Positions 1-13,488 of a stretch of 64,000 bases of DNA are shown here, piece after piece. The DNA is from Oopsacas minuta (Eukaryota; Animalia; Porifera). The stretch spans positions 1-64,000 of the forward strand of contig JAKMXF010000020.1 in assembly GCA_024704765.1 (NCBI GenBank), written 5' to 3'. The notes below the pieces were generated by a model. It did no database searches and was not told the origin of the DNA. It was given only the letters and a program-made list of their open reading frames with translations. Position 1 is the first letter of the stretch, and each line of letters opens with the position of its first letter. The translations under genes were made by a program, and so were the position numbers.

Positions 1-897
1 AGAAAACGATTCAAATATTACTTCAACTTAACTCATCGCTTAATGTTGAACAAAGAGCTTTGCGCCTTGTTAGGCCTTATTGAGTTTATTCTCAGAATTA
101 ACTATTCCTTCTGGGCCGAATTTAGGTTATTCCATAGGTAATGCATATTCACATAACACATAACTACTGTACAAAAGTAGTCTGAAACTCCCTCTGAGAA
201 GAAAAAATAAGAATCTATTCACTTACTAAATGTGCTTCCTGCTGTTTGGATAACTGAGGTGTTGGATAATCGAAGGTATATTGGGTATACAACTCACACA
301 ACACATAAGGTACTTGGCCACACTGTACACTGTAGTCAGAGATTTTACTGTGACGACTATACTCTCTACTATAGTTGCCCAGTATTGAATAGGGGCATAT
401 ATAAGCTCCATGACCAAACGTGACAAACTTGACCAAATATGTCGACCTGGCGTGGTCATGATCTGGCCACATAGTTTATTCTAAATAAAGTGGCCCAATC
501 CATGATAGTTTAAGAAACTCTGATGTATAATATCAATTGACTCTCGGGACCGGTTGTGTTCGGGATTTCTGGTTAAGTATCGTAGTCAGTTGTGTGGTAT
601 ATTATTGATGGACACCTATGATTAAATCATTAATGTATATTGGTTGAGAATTTGCGATGTAACCAATTATGTGAATTTTCAAAAATCCAAAAGGTGACAA
701 TTACGTTTGTCAAATGTATGAATATCGTATAAGAAAATCGGAAAGTCCCGCCAATAGTAGGATATTTGGCAAGTATGACAATCCCGAAGTAGCATTTAAG
801 CAGGTGGCAACGTTAGCTGATGAAATAATCTAGGAAGCCAAGCATGTTTATTGAAAAGTCTATACAAATAAACGATCAATTAAGATAAAATCGTTAC

Positions 898-3800
898 CTT
901 TGGTGGATATGATTCCACATAATCATTAAATTGGATAAAAGCTCTAAAATACGCGTCTAAAGTTGAAGCATCATTGCTCTCTACTACAGGCCCTTGAACG
1001 GATGGGTTCCATCGTATACCACTAATCTCGTTGTTATTATCTAAAGTAATCGTGGTGCAGCAATTCCTAGAAGAAAATAGTGTCAACTCGTATTTACTAG
1101 CAGGTCATCTTTCATGCTTAATAGTACAAATATGATTTTCCATATGTCCATTTCATGCGGAGAACACTTTCATATCACAAGACTGCATGCTTATGAACAG
1201 TGATGGCGAAAATGGCGTTAACAGCTACAATTTTCCAAAAGATTAAAAGCTTAGCTTACAGTTATTTGAGCCATTAGCTGTATTTGAACACTCAATTAGG
1301 TATTACTTATATGATACATACCTTGGCGAACATGTATCATTTGGTCAGATTGAGATATAACTCATGAGCCACAAAAGTTGGTCCGGTTGACTTATTTTTG
1401 ACAAAATTCCAACTGATCATTGAATTATTAGGTTACCATGAATGAACCATTTTTGGAAATTTTGAGAATTTCATAATACTCCAGAATACTAACCAAAAGC
1501 CACTTATCAGCTCCAGTGTCACGGTAGAAGGCCACTAAATGAAAATTGGATGGGCCATTAAATAATAACTTCCGCTATTTTCTCAACTCGAGGAACATTG
1601 GTCTGTGTATATGCGGTTGCTACGCGACGGCAAGCAATAAGAAATTTGGCTGTGTCATACTTAAGCTAAATTAGAGGCAGAAAGCTGTCGCACAGGGACC
1701 TAGCAAGCGAAATACACTAGTATTCGTTGCATTAGCAGTCCAAACGTTGAACCGGTTGAAACCTGAGTCACCTGACCAACCCGACAGCCTCCTAGACGCA
1801 AAGGCGTAGCCAGGGCGTGGCACCTGCGGCACATTCTGGACCTGAAATTGCATGTGCCCACCAAAATTTACATATAAACAAGTCCTTGGCTCATCGCTTC
1901 GCGATAAACTCGCCGCATTGCGCCTCGAGGTATTCAACAGTCCACTGGAATTTGAACTTTAGGTAAGTAAATGCTGATGGGTATAAGTGTATAGATTGTT
2001 GAAATGTAATAAGAAGTTCAGATACTATACTACTATGTATATTGAAATAAGTTCTTAACATACTTATATTATTCGATGATTAAGCTGATAAATCTTAAAT
2101 GTTAACGATCTTCGGTATATAAAAATGACAAAATGTCATGATCAGTTTTGCATATCTTACCGAATTTCGGCAAAACTAGATTCTACTGTGTTTGAGTAAA
2201 TTAACAAGAAACTCACTCCATCAAAGTCCTCAATTTGAAAGTGATGTGTTGGAATACAACAGATACTCTACTTAATGTATAGAAAAATTCCGGATAATCT
2301 CTCCTAAATTTTTCTGCGATTTCGTAAATATCTTTCAGCGTCAATAGCCCTCCACTCACACAAGAGTCATTTCTGATACAGTGCAAGTGTTGGAGTCCAG
2401 GAACATGACTATAAAACGGCAAATCCGTATGATATTTAAGCTTCTGGCCGGAGTACGCTAAATTAATTGGATCATCAACTACCAATACATCAAAAGAAGA
2501 TCCAAAGAAAGATTCCATGCAAAAAGAAATTCTATTAGCGAGTTGCATGGCTCCAGATTCTCCAGGAGCATTAACAACCTTAACTACTCCATATTTATTT
2601 ACCATAGAGAGATAGTTGTATAATCCTTCATCACTAGAGAGTATTTCATCGAACTCCAACTCTTGCAAGATAAACTTTGCATCAGATTTTTCGTCTACAA
2701 ATGAGTGTCAAATAAAATTCAACATACAGTCAGGGGCGCTTAATGATAAACCGCTTTTATGAATATTCTCCTATTGTAGCCCAAGTTGGTGGTCTCAATA
2801 AAATATTCGATAAAATTAATATTTATTCAGTTTACTTAATATGAAGTCTCTATAGCCTATATTATAACAGAACACGAGGCTGTGGGGTGATATGGATTAT
2901 CTCGGAATTTTACAAGAAATTCATAAAGTTTTACGAATTAAGTGCATATTTTGAGTATATTCTCGAATAATATCTCAGATTGGTATTATTGTATGTGAAA
3001 TTTGAAAAGCTCGTGAACGTTTTAGCCTAGACTTATACGTGTATGTAAATAATAGATGTCATGTAAAATCTGAACTAAATTACTGAAAACTTATGTAACA
3101 GCTTTATGCCCTGTCCGGATTAACGCATAACGAGGGTCTACGCTACTATATCCGTAATAGCCACATCATTCCTATTTAGTTGATAACCAGTAATATTTTT
3201 CAAAGTAAACTAAAGCTAGCTTCCCCGATTAGAGGTGGCATCTAGACTGCATAGTAATAATTATTAATGAAACTCGGAATATACTTACTTCTCTTCTGTG
3301 TATATTCTTTCTGTAACACTAAAAATTATTATTTTATTTGACAAAATCCTAACTTCTAATCGTGCAACTTGAATGACTGCAATTCCTAGCAATAATTCTC
3401 GCACTCACCTCCGGTCGGGTGTGAGGCCGAGTGACCCCTATTAGTGCATCAGCACTAACAAAGGGGACCATCTGCAAAAATACGATGCCTGCCAACGGAT
3501 CCGCCTCGACACCCAACAACGAGCTACCAAACTCCTCAACTGGGACACCAATCTCACGCCCACCCCAGAATTCTAAATACTTCGAAGAGCTGCCCGACAT
3601 GCCTCAGCAAACCCCACACCTAGAAGCAAACTACACCACTACTAGCCAAATCTAAACTTGAACAACTGGAAAAAAAGAAATAACAATACAACCTAAAACA
3701 ATCGAGCCATCCAGAGCCAAATCTCCTCTCCTCGACATACCAACAAACTGTTACTCTCCTCCAACACAAACTAACAAACCTACAACCACACTAACCATCC

Positions 3801-6800
3801 CAGTAAACAGCCAACTCTACAAGATCCTGAACACTGACAACTATTACTTCATCGAAGACGCAAACTTCAGCAAACTGACACTTCCACAAAAACTAGCCAT
3901 CGCCTAAGTAACTGACAGTATGATGACATCTGTACCTCACTTCATCAAACTACTAGCAGCATCAATACATGAAACACTAGGACTGGACGTACCATACGAA
4001 CTCCAGTACGTAGCAAGAACACAACCAGACAAAACAAACTGCACTCCATACCCCGACCAGCGTAAGGCATTCGGACTAAAATGCTATTAGACGAGAACCC
4101 AAACCTCTACACGAAATACTTTCCCCTACTAAAACTTCCATAATTTCCATCACGCACATACAGGACGATACGACAAGCCCTACATATGGGTGAAGATGCA
4201 ATGGCAACATGCTTTCTCATCAATCTTCTATAAACAGAAATATCGAATAACGAATTCTTTACAAATATCGAAAGGACGACTGGGCCAAAACTACATATAT
4301 ATGCTGCAGCTGCAGCAATTGCTGCAACGCCAAAGACAACACCTAACCTTAAGCGATAACGCCGACACAATACCCCTGTGCTAAATCCATAATTACTGCT
4401 ACTATTCTAACCACCACCGACAAAAATATACTGAGAAGCTGAACGTTCACCCAGGTTCAAATCCCTGGATGAATACACCAAGACTCTACCTCTATGTCTA
4501 CGGAAACGATTCCTGGAATCTTTGATAGCATCACCCTAGGCTACCCTAATCACCAGGAGATAAAAGCTGTCCCCTGGCACACCGCCCTGAGAAAAGATCT
4601 GCCTTCTACAAAGTGGCGCCTAACAAGACAAAGCAGCAGGAACGAACGAAACTCTATCCACAGCTGATTGACGCATGCAAAGCCATCCGTACCTGTGCCA
4701 AATATGGCCGAGACAGGACACCAAAAAACCAACACAAGCATAACGGATGCTCTACCTCCAATAAGACCTGTCCTAAGGAAAAGACTGCTCTATGTCAGAA
4801 TGGTTCCTGCAACCATCCAAATCATGTCACCAAGTCAATCTGGAGGAGTGATGAATTTACAATACAGGCAAAACCTCTCACTTCTCCCGAGCTCGTACGC
4901 GTACACTCCTTTTTGTTTAGGGAAGGAGAACTAAGCGCCATCTCTTCTTCCCTCCTACATGACCTCTACAGTAATTACAACTGCAATCTTTGCACCGACT
5001 TTACTACACCATAAACCAAAAGCACACACCACTACAAACTATCACAAACCAACCGGACCTATATGACACCAATAGTAGTCACAGAACCTAAACTACTTTC
5101 ATCTACCTGGGACTACAAAGCTCCACCAGTATTCCTACATCGAACAGCTAACATAAGGACTGACGGAATTCTACAAGAACTATTAGAACACGGCCTAACA
5201 TTTCAGTAACCCCAAGAGGATCAAGGAAACCCCTTCCTTACTTCATTCCCGGGAATCCTCAACATAGAGGAAATCCAACCCCCTGACGTTCTTTAAACCT
5301 ACCAGACAAGAACAACGCACATATGATAAGTATTCCAAACTTCTAATCAACCTCAAACAATCCCTCAAGAAGGAGAACCTGCGAATCCTCCGGCTGACAA
5401 AGGACCTGGACTACTCTTTGTCCCAACTTTCACGGTTATGCGAATCTATCTACTCTACCTCTCGAAGAAGTCAACTAACGTACACCCCTTGATCTACCTA
5501 CAAGCACTGAAGTCACTAAAAGAAACACTTGCTAACGTAAACCCTGACACCCAGCTGAAAAACACTGACGACAGGGTTCCCACCATGTACTTCAAGGTTA
5601 AGACATACAAAGCTTCATTCTCGACATCAACAACACAGTACCCAGAAATCTACACATGCACTCACAGCTCCCAAGACCTTGTAGACATCTGTAGACCTAT
5701 TGTCAACCACAAGAACACGATCACCAGCAGCATAAGCAAAATCATCCGAACCCTACTCACCCCAACAATAGAGACACGCCCATACCTGACACAGGACCTG
5801 TTTGAGACCATAAAAGAACTCAGGAGACCAGGAGCACCAGAACACATTTATACTGCTGACAACGAGGCCTTCTATCCCAATACACCACACCCTTTAGTAC
5901 TCAGAGCCTTTGATTTTTTCGTTCCAACAAGAAAAAAGGAACTTCAACTCCTCAAACAACTACTAACATTCAATTTCACAAGCAACGGGAGACGTTGGCA
6001 TCCCAATGGGCCTACCTCTTGCGCCCGAACTTGCACGCTTGTGGACTGCCTTACTACTTAATACGCACAAACCTCCACGAAGAAAGGTACTAACAATATA
6101 CTTTGACGATCTAGCAGCTACATATCCGATTATGGACCCAGCCCTCGGACCATACATACTAAAGCTACTGAACCAAATGAGACACAGGACTGTAAGTACG
6201 ACCCGAACCAACAAAGTTCTCCCTGTTACACACAAATATCGACAACCGGTCCTTTTACACCCACACTCCTATCACCCATCGCGCAAGATGTGCAACAACA
6301 CCTACAAGAGTGGCGCATTCAGAGCCCTAAGATAGCAACACATCCCTCTGACGGGTTGATCACCTGCTTCCAAATTACGTCCCTTCACTTATTCGACTGG
6401 GACATTATGCCGAAGAGGTAACAACCAAGATCTGAAACATCTGCTACTTTTCTCGTACATGTGATCGCGAACCATTCGAGTACAAACCTATCCTCAAATA
6501 ACGATACAGCCAAACACGACCTACACATAACCAACTTACACCATTAGAACTAGCAGACTATCACCTGATCCTAGCACCTCTAAAGGGACTACTCTGCTAC
6601 CAACCAGCAAAGTCCACATCAATACATAACTGGATGCACTGCCCAAGTTATGGATGCAAAGTCTGCAATGCTTATGAGATCCTCATTCCGTGCAACCTAT
6701 CCATCCCAGTAATCCCTTGCAAACGAGTACGGATACACCCTTCAAAGCCAAGACCGAAAGGAAAGCGAATGGCGAAACAGACTACAGAAAATGAACCAGT

Positions 6801-9800
6801 ACTACATAATACATGACGAAACAACATTACATAACTTCTACCAAAGACAAACACCAGAAAATCTGTAGAACTGACACAACACTGACAGAAAACAAAAAAC
6901 AAAAAACAAATAAAACAAACAGAACAAATAAGCACAAACTAACAAAGAAACACACATAACAACAAATGGAACACACAAAACTGACAAACAAAACAAACAA
7001 AACATACACCATACGCTGACACACACAAACCCCCGGCATAAGCAAGCACGTAAAAAACAAACCCTCAGACAATATAAGACGCTATATAATACAAATAAAA
7101 TGAATTCAACCATATTTGAACTTAAAATTATGTTCTTTGTTTGTGTAAAATTTACTTGTGCGAGTAATAAGTTCATCCAAAACGTATTAAACCTTGTGTA
7201 TATGCATTTCAACAGTGCTGTAATTATTATTACGTAGGAGTGGAGAGGCTTGCGATCACAGAGTGTTCGCATAGAATTCGGAACTTCGTGTCTCGAATCT
7301 TTTTTGAACAACAATAATTTACATATGAGTAACTTGAAAGCGAAATTTGGATCCACGTACTGGATTACCCCAGTATTACTGTTGAAACAAAGTTTCTGAG
7401 ACTGTTTACTTCATACACTTAAACGACACCAAATATTCACAATACGTTGTTGACAATATCATATTAGGAATCAGTGTATCTGATTACTCTTGTATAACCG
7501 TTGAAAGCAAATTTCTGGGTCTGTTAGTATTGGTTTCTTATGTATTCATATAACAAAATAAATTCACACTTATAAGAAACTTGAAAATGAGATTCAACGT
7601 AGGTACTTGATTACCCCATTGTATCTGTTGAGAGAAAGTCTCTACTATTATCTCTTGTCACAATCAATATTTGGTTGACTGACTCTTGTTAGAATTAATA
7701 TTTGGTTGACTGTCGCTTGTTATCGTTGGATCTGGAGCAGGCTGTGAGTTGCTGAGAGTATTTAGAACTCACGTTGTATTTGGTTAGGACAAGTGACAGT
7801 CACGAGTATTCTGATAAATTCCAACTGGAAAATTCTGACAAATGCACCTCTTCTGAGATATTGTACGAATTTTGTTAATATCCTCTTATAACTTCACAAT
7901 CGCGGAAATTATGATAGCCATTTTATAATGTACACCCAACTTCCCATACCTATGTAATACATATTTTGATATAATACCCTAAAGATTATTGAGCATTATC
8001 AAAAATGACCATATATGGCCATATTTATGATTACGTCATGTTGGTAAGAGGTATCATACAAAATCTATCACAAGGGTCTGGGAAGTTGGGTGTATACTAT
8101 AAAATAGCTGTCCTGATTTGACCATAATTTCCACGATTATCGAGTTATAATTGGATATTGACAAAACATGTAACATCAATGGTCTGTGCGATAACTCAGA
8201 ACGTGCGAACTTTATCACGAAAAATTATTATATTTATACACAGATGGTTTTAGATCATTTGGTATTTCAACACTTGAACATAGATTAATTATCCACGTTT
8301 TATTAGTTCCAAAGATGGAGCAGTTTTTAATATATATTTGCCAATTACGCTAACAAATGACGTCACTTCCATCTGACACATGCGGCTTTTGCGAATTCTT
8401 ACATATCAATAATGCATTTATTTGGGTGAAAATGTACCAGTTTCTTAGTGTAGGCGATTATAGATTTTCCCAACAAAACATATCAAAATTTTCAATCTGA
8501 ATCGTCTAGTAATTACACGCTATGTATAGAATAGCAGAGTTATACATCGTGAGGATGGAATAATCCAAAATCTATCAACTGAAATAATTCTATACATAGT
8601 GCCAAACTATTGCTTGTGTTCCCTGTCACACAATGTATAGAGTTCCTAGTTGATAGAATTTGGATTATTCCATCCACACGATGTAAACTCTGCTATTCTA
8701 TACATAGCATGTAGTTACTAGACGAAGCAAGTAGAAATTTTTCTGATCAATTCAACCTAAAAACTTGGTCATACACATTGAGCTAAATCATATAACATCT
8801 TATACTATTCCAATTATCATATAAATTCAAATATAGTATCGAGGGATAATTGTATGTGTATAAATAGCTAAATTTTGCGAATGGAATGTTGCTACATTCC
8901 TGCGTTGCTATGGAAATAATTCCTCCAAATATGGTCAATATAAATAGCAAACAGCTGGAAATTTGAAGCTGAACCCAAATATTACAAAATATAAAATTGA
9001 TTTGAAAGCGATAGAATGCATTAGCCTACAATTCAACACGAGCGATTTCTATCGGCCGCCATTATGTGACCCCAAAATATCAATTTCCCGTTGCCAGATT
9101 TTCGAAGACTTTTATGGAGTTCAGTGTTATCCTCCAATTCATTCAAAACAATAAAACAATTCGTTGCAATATTTTAGGGTAAAAGTATACGTAATTTTTG
9201 ACCAGTCACATTACCAAGTATACTGAAATTATATTATAATAAGTGATGGAAACTTCAGAGTTTTACTGGTAACAGCAACAGGAAATGACAGGCTCTACAT
9301 TTTACAATAGGGGATTTAAGTTAGTGCAGGAATGAAAACAGCGATTTTATGTAGAAATAAATGAAGATCTATTACTTAAGGAGAACCTGGCATTTTTTTC
9401 AGCCAGTACATCCAATGCAATGAGATGAATCCTTGGTGGCTACGACCATCCTCGTATTTCCATGTGAGCGAAAGAGAGTCATCTTTAATTCTCACATTTT
9501 CTAAGAATATTGGAGGTTGGAGATTTTCAGGATTAATTAGATTCTGACCAGAACTAGAGTGAAAACATTCCTCACATTGACATTGTTGTCTCAACCAGAG
9601 AGCATAGTATTTATTGATCCCTGTCGTGTCAGAGTTCCAGCTGATACTCAGATGTTTCCTATCTGGAGAGATTGAATGCTCCGCTACATCGATAGCTTTA
9701 TTGTTTGGGGACTTAATCTCTTCATATACTGAGAAGCTTCTGCTCTGATATTTAGGAGGAAGTATTTTTGGATAACTGAAACTCTTCAAAGGTACTTGAT

Positions 9801-9867
9801 TGTAACACCTCAGGATAGAGCGAGCAGTTCTGAACACAATAGACACCATATTTGAGAATCTATACAT
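898..9867 (-). CDS. Gamma-butyrobetaine dioxygenase-like (BBOX1/TMLHE family) spliced gene; 3' end unresolved
   Basis: Exon ~9387-9867 has an N-terminal Zn-type domain (YYALWLRQQCQCEEC) after an Arg/Ser-rich presequence-like start. Exon 2217-2694 has NLAYSGQKLKYHTDLPFYSHVPGLQHLHC (HxD iron motif). Exon 898-1066 is in matching phase (GA|G). Linker exon(s) and the last exon (candidates at ~100-480) could not be fixed. Confidence 0.8.
1879..1935 (-). mobile_element. Helitron-family 3' terminus (hairpin + CTTG|T)
   Basis: Near-identical to 39009-39063 and 43813-43868. Has a TCATCGC-N3-GCGAT(A/G)A hairpin ~11 nt from the end, followed by T on the element strand. Confidence 0.6.
3345..7075 (+). 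mobile_element. Decayed Penelope-like retroelement (PLE), antisense in the BBOX-like intron
   Basis: PLE RT motifs in order: LEHGLTF (~5183), PADKG (5390-5404), PTMYFKVKTYK, CRPIVN, YTADNEAFYPN, MGLPLAPELA (6006), YFDD (6099-6110), HPHSYHP...GAFRALR, then C-x4-C-x2-C (HCPSYGCKVC, ~6640). Many stops and frameshifts. Strong A/C bias on the + strand. Boundaries are approximate and no TSD was seen. Confidence 0.85.
6840..7070 (+). repeat. A/C-rich low-complexity 3' tail of the PLE
   Basis: Runs such as ACAAAAAACAAAAAACAAATAAAACAAAC with almost no G or T, directly after the PLE coding region. Confidence 0.7.
7860..8180. repeat. Imperfect inverted repeat (MITE/foldback-like)
   Basis: 7860-7955 (…ggaaattatg…tacacccaacttccca) is the reverse complement of 8075-8180 (tgggaagttgggtgta…cataatttcc). 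Confidence 0.55.
8502..8725. mobile_element. Palindromic foldback MITE; related copy at ~10255-10465
   Basis: ~100-bp near-perfect arms (tcgtctagtaattacacgctatgtatagaatagcagag… / …ctctgctattctatacatagcatgtagttactagacga) with a short loop. Both copies are followed by gttactagac…gaaatttttctgatcaa. Confidence 0.7.
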
Positions 9868-10964
9868 TAAGAATTTGGCGTACTATGTATATTGGTGTTA
9901 AAATTAATATTTTATAAGGACTCCAATTAAAGTGTAGTCGTTTATGATGCACAAGTTGTTATATCAACATATTTGATACTATCGGGTGTAGAATCCTATG
10001 CTGTATATTCTATAACATATCCAAAATCAACAACAATCCGCTTTAGGGAAAAATTTTTGGAAGAATTATCTAGGAGCGGCGGACGCTCCTCTTGGCGTAC
10101 GGTTTTGGACGATATTATATTTAGGAGCGTAAGATTGAGATCCGTAACACTGCACTCATATATTGATTTAAGCTTATGAAGACTTGAGAGTAAGAGTGCT
10201 ATGAGCGTGGTCTGAACAACCTGTAATCCTGTATAACTCCGTGCTACTAACTATACATTCTGAATAATTGCACAAGTATAACTAACTCGTGGTAATGGGT
10301 ATAATCCGAATTCTATCAACTGGAAACTCCGTATATTGTGTCAAACTATCCCCTGTGCCTATCTGACATAATATACAGGAGTTTTTCTAGTTAATTGAAT
10401 TCGGATTATCTCCATTAACACGTATTATTTTGTGTAATTATTCAGAATTTATAGTTACTAGACAATTAAAACTGAAATTTTTCTGATCAACTCAGAGCTG
10501 TCAAGTCTCCGTAAATTTGACTGCTATCTACGTATTTCTAGCGAATTACATGTACTTGTAATACTTTTTGTTAACAATGAAGGTCAATATTCAAGTTTGC
10601 TCAACGTTTGTACCTACCTCGGAAATGTACGACCATATAAAAGAGTTTGAAAGTTTGTTGCATGCTGATAGTGATTATAGCTTATTGTTTACCTAAACGA
10701 AAGCGTCCATATATCTACATTTATTAATGATTATTAATAAAAAGTTGTTAGCTAATAGCATTTGTAAAGCAAATTAAGACCTGTTGGGGGTCATTAATGG
10801 ATTTTAAAATGCTCCGTAAAAATTTGGTTTCCACGTAAATTTTTCTGCATCACTAGGCAGCACTGGATCAACTTAGCATAAATAACGGATCAAATACATC
10901 GACCTACGTCTTAATACTAAATTATACATCTACAGTTAATATATCTCTCAAAAATAATATGCTA

Positions 10965-11432
10965 GCGCTTTCATTTGTTCGAATTTGCATGTTGCCATTT
11001 GTTCGACTAGGATTATTAAATCCGGCGCTCTCTACCACTATTTTGGCAAACTTTCTACCGTGTAATATCCATCTTTAGCAACATTACCCATCTGCTTCAA
11101 CATTATCTATAAAACAAAGAAGAAACTTCAAAAATATCTTAAAATCTAAAAAAATCATTGGCTCAAATTTCCCAAAATATAAAACTCGAGGCACTTACAA
11201 TCAGTTTACCAGAACTAACAACAGTTAAAAACACTGTGATCCCATTGTCCATCCTTTAAATACCATACCTGCCATCCCAGACCAGTACACAGCAAACAGA
11301 ACAAAACATTCATACAACCTTTTGTTAACTAACCTAATAAATATCCCGTGATGATCCCGTGCTATCTTTTAAATCCCGCGCTTTCTACCAGTCGAACAAA
11401 TGACAACATGGAAATTCGAACAAATGCAGCGC
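10965..11432. mobile_element. MITE with ~45-bp TIRs carrying an internal insertion
   Basis: catttgttcgaatttgcatgttgccatttgttcgact pairs with agtcgaacaaatgacaacatggaaattcgaacaaatg. The internal segment is bounded by a 21-bp direct repeat (11016-11036 / 11369-11389). Confidence 0.55.
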
Positions 11433-13488
11433 CCCCGATAATATCATGTGTTGGCAAGAATTATGTGAAAAATAGCAAGGGAACTAACAGGCCGCGAGGG
11501 TTGATACCGTAAAATCGAGTTAAAAGTCATTTAGAGGGCTTAGATGTACATAACTGGACTCTATTTGTTGAGCGGCGTCGGACAAGGGTCACTCGATATG
11601 CTTTGGTTAAGTTTTGAGCATGGAATGGTGACACATTCTTGAGACCTTCTTATCTTGCTATGGAAAATTTATTCCCAAATATAATCATGTGACCACTTAA
11701 ACGACGAGTAATTTTACGGTGAATACGAAAATAACTATAATAATGTGATCGGACTTCGAATCATAGAAGTTATTACAATTTTACACCTCTAGTGCTTTCT
11801 GATGACTATACAATATTCTTCCAAAAATTTTTCCCCAAAGCGAATTTTTGCGGATTTTGGATATGTTATAGAGCATAAATTTCTACGCCCGACAGTATCA
11901 AATATGTTTATATAACAATGTATTCACGGAAATGACTGTTTTTTGGCTTCCACCACTATACTATGTATTAGTAGTACTAGTGCTACTTTAAACAAATTCA
12001 ATTAACCAAAAATAGATTTATACTGTCAGCACAGGTTGTAATTTGATATTACAACCTGTGGAGGCTATTGTTCCGCCAAAACTTATGTCGTATGCACGTA
12101 TTCAGAATAGAACTGGTCAGGGTTGACCGGCCGGTGGATCTACGACTATTTTGATTGACCTTTGGAATTTGAACCTCGAAATAAGGCTTACTACATTAGT
12201 GTATTTGTAATGAGGTCTATATTCATGATTGACGTAATGTTTACTAGTATGATTAATAAAATTTATGCGTATTAATTGTTGTTTACTATCACGATTATAG
12301 TGAAGAATTTTCTTTTGGATTAGTGTATATCTTGGCCATCACGTGGCTGTTGGGTGATGTGTTTTGAAATGATATTGGCCTTGGTGGAAGGATTGTTATC
12401 GAATTAGTTACTAAACAAGCGTTGATTGTTGTACGCTGACTCGAACCTCAGGTAAGTAAAGTGCGTTCGAGTTAACGGATGGCCTCCATTTAAGTTCCCA
12501 ATTTCCCCTGGGACATCATCAAATGATTTAGAGCTGAAACTTCTACTGGTTATTCATGATTTTGTGATCTTTTCAAAAATTCAATAAAAAACATTCATAT
12601 CAAGATTATTCTCAAATTATATTCTTAAGTAATATACTTTTCATAACATCCGGTAACTTGAACTCTGATAAATCTGTTCGAAAAATCGAATGTTCGAGTT
12701 AAGGGCTATTGACTGTATTTGTGTATTTATATACTATTAGTATATTTTGAATATAATATCGGAAAATATACTCGTTAACCAAATAGTGTCGTTTCCATGA
12801 ATTTATTCATTTTTCGTAGGGGCATGAGCGGTACAAAATGATATATAAACAAATTCTGCTAGTAATGTATTTAGGTATTTTTTACCTTTTAGGTTCATAA
12901 TCTCAAATTTTAATCTTTTTGTCAGAAAAATTGCATACGATTGCATTAATAATAGTTATTGATGGATATTTTCAAATATATTAAAAGCAATTCTTTATTT
13001 TATAGGCCAATAATTGCATAGATTAACCGGTTAACCGATCTTCTTGAACCAATTTTAACCATCCTAATAATTCGGTTTACCAACCCCAGCCCTGAGAGTA
13101 GAACACGAAAAGCTACATTTTTGGATTTCTGATAAATTTTTACGATACCCACCAAATGACACTGCCAGGATAAAGTTCTTTCTAAGAACTAAATACATAA
13201 TTTGACATAGTGAACCCCGGTTATATTGAACTCAGCCGTGAAGTACGATTCGGCCTAAATCGGGCACCATTTAGATCAAACACCGCTTATCTAGACCCAG
13301 TATCATAGAAGTATCATGGATATACGTATTACTTATATAATCTAGGTTGACTGTACCATAGCATGCTATGAATGTACATTTTTACAGATATATTTTTGAG
13401 TTAAATTTATTAAGGAAAATAATAATAAATAGTTTCAAACATAGTTTAGATACAAGTGAATATGTGACTAGTAAATGGAAGGTATATA

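Noticed and set aside
4450-4470. tRNA T-arm/B-box-like GGTTCAAATCC
   Set aside because: The stem is imperfect, there is no A-box or cloverleaf, and it lies inside the PLE coding region.
6672-7356. Hydrophobic minus-strand ORFs (87-172 aa)
   Set aside because: They are artefacts of the antisense A/C-rich PLE tail (V/F/L/C-rich low complexity).
7380-7750. Regularly spaced short repeats as a CRISPR-like array
   Set aside because: The units are degenerate with variable, related spacers in a eukaryotic context; consistent with internal repeats of a non-autonomous element.
12030-12060. Perfect 13-bp hairpin CACAGGTTGTAAT-N5-ATTACAACCTGTG
   Set aside because: Isolated and single-copy in the window, with no supporting context; probably a repeat fragment.
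12440-12470. GAAC…AGGTAAGTAAA motif (also ~1950) as a spliced-leader RNA gene
   Set aside because: No Sm site or shared leader was seen, and the 12.4-kb copy lies in Tc1/pogo-type subterminal repeats.
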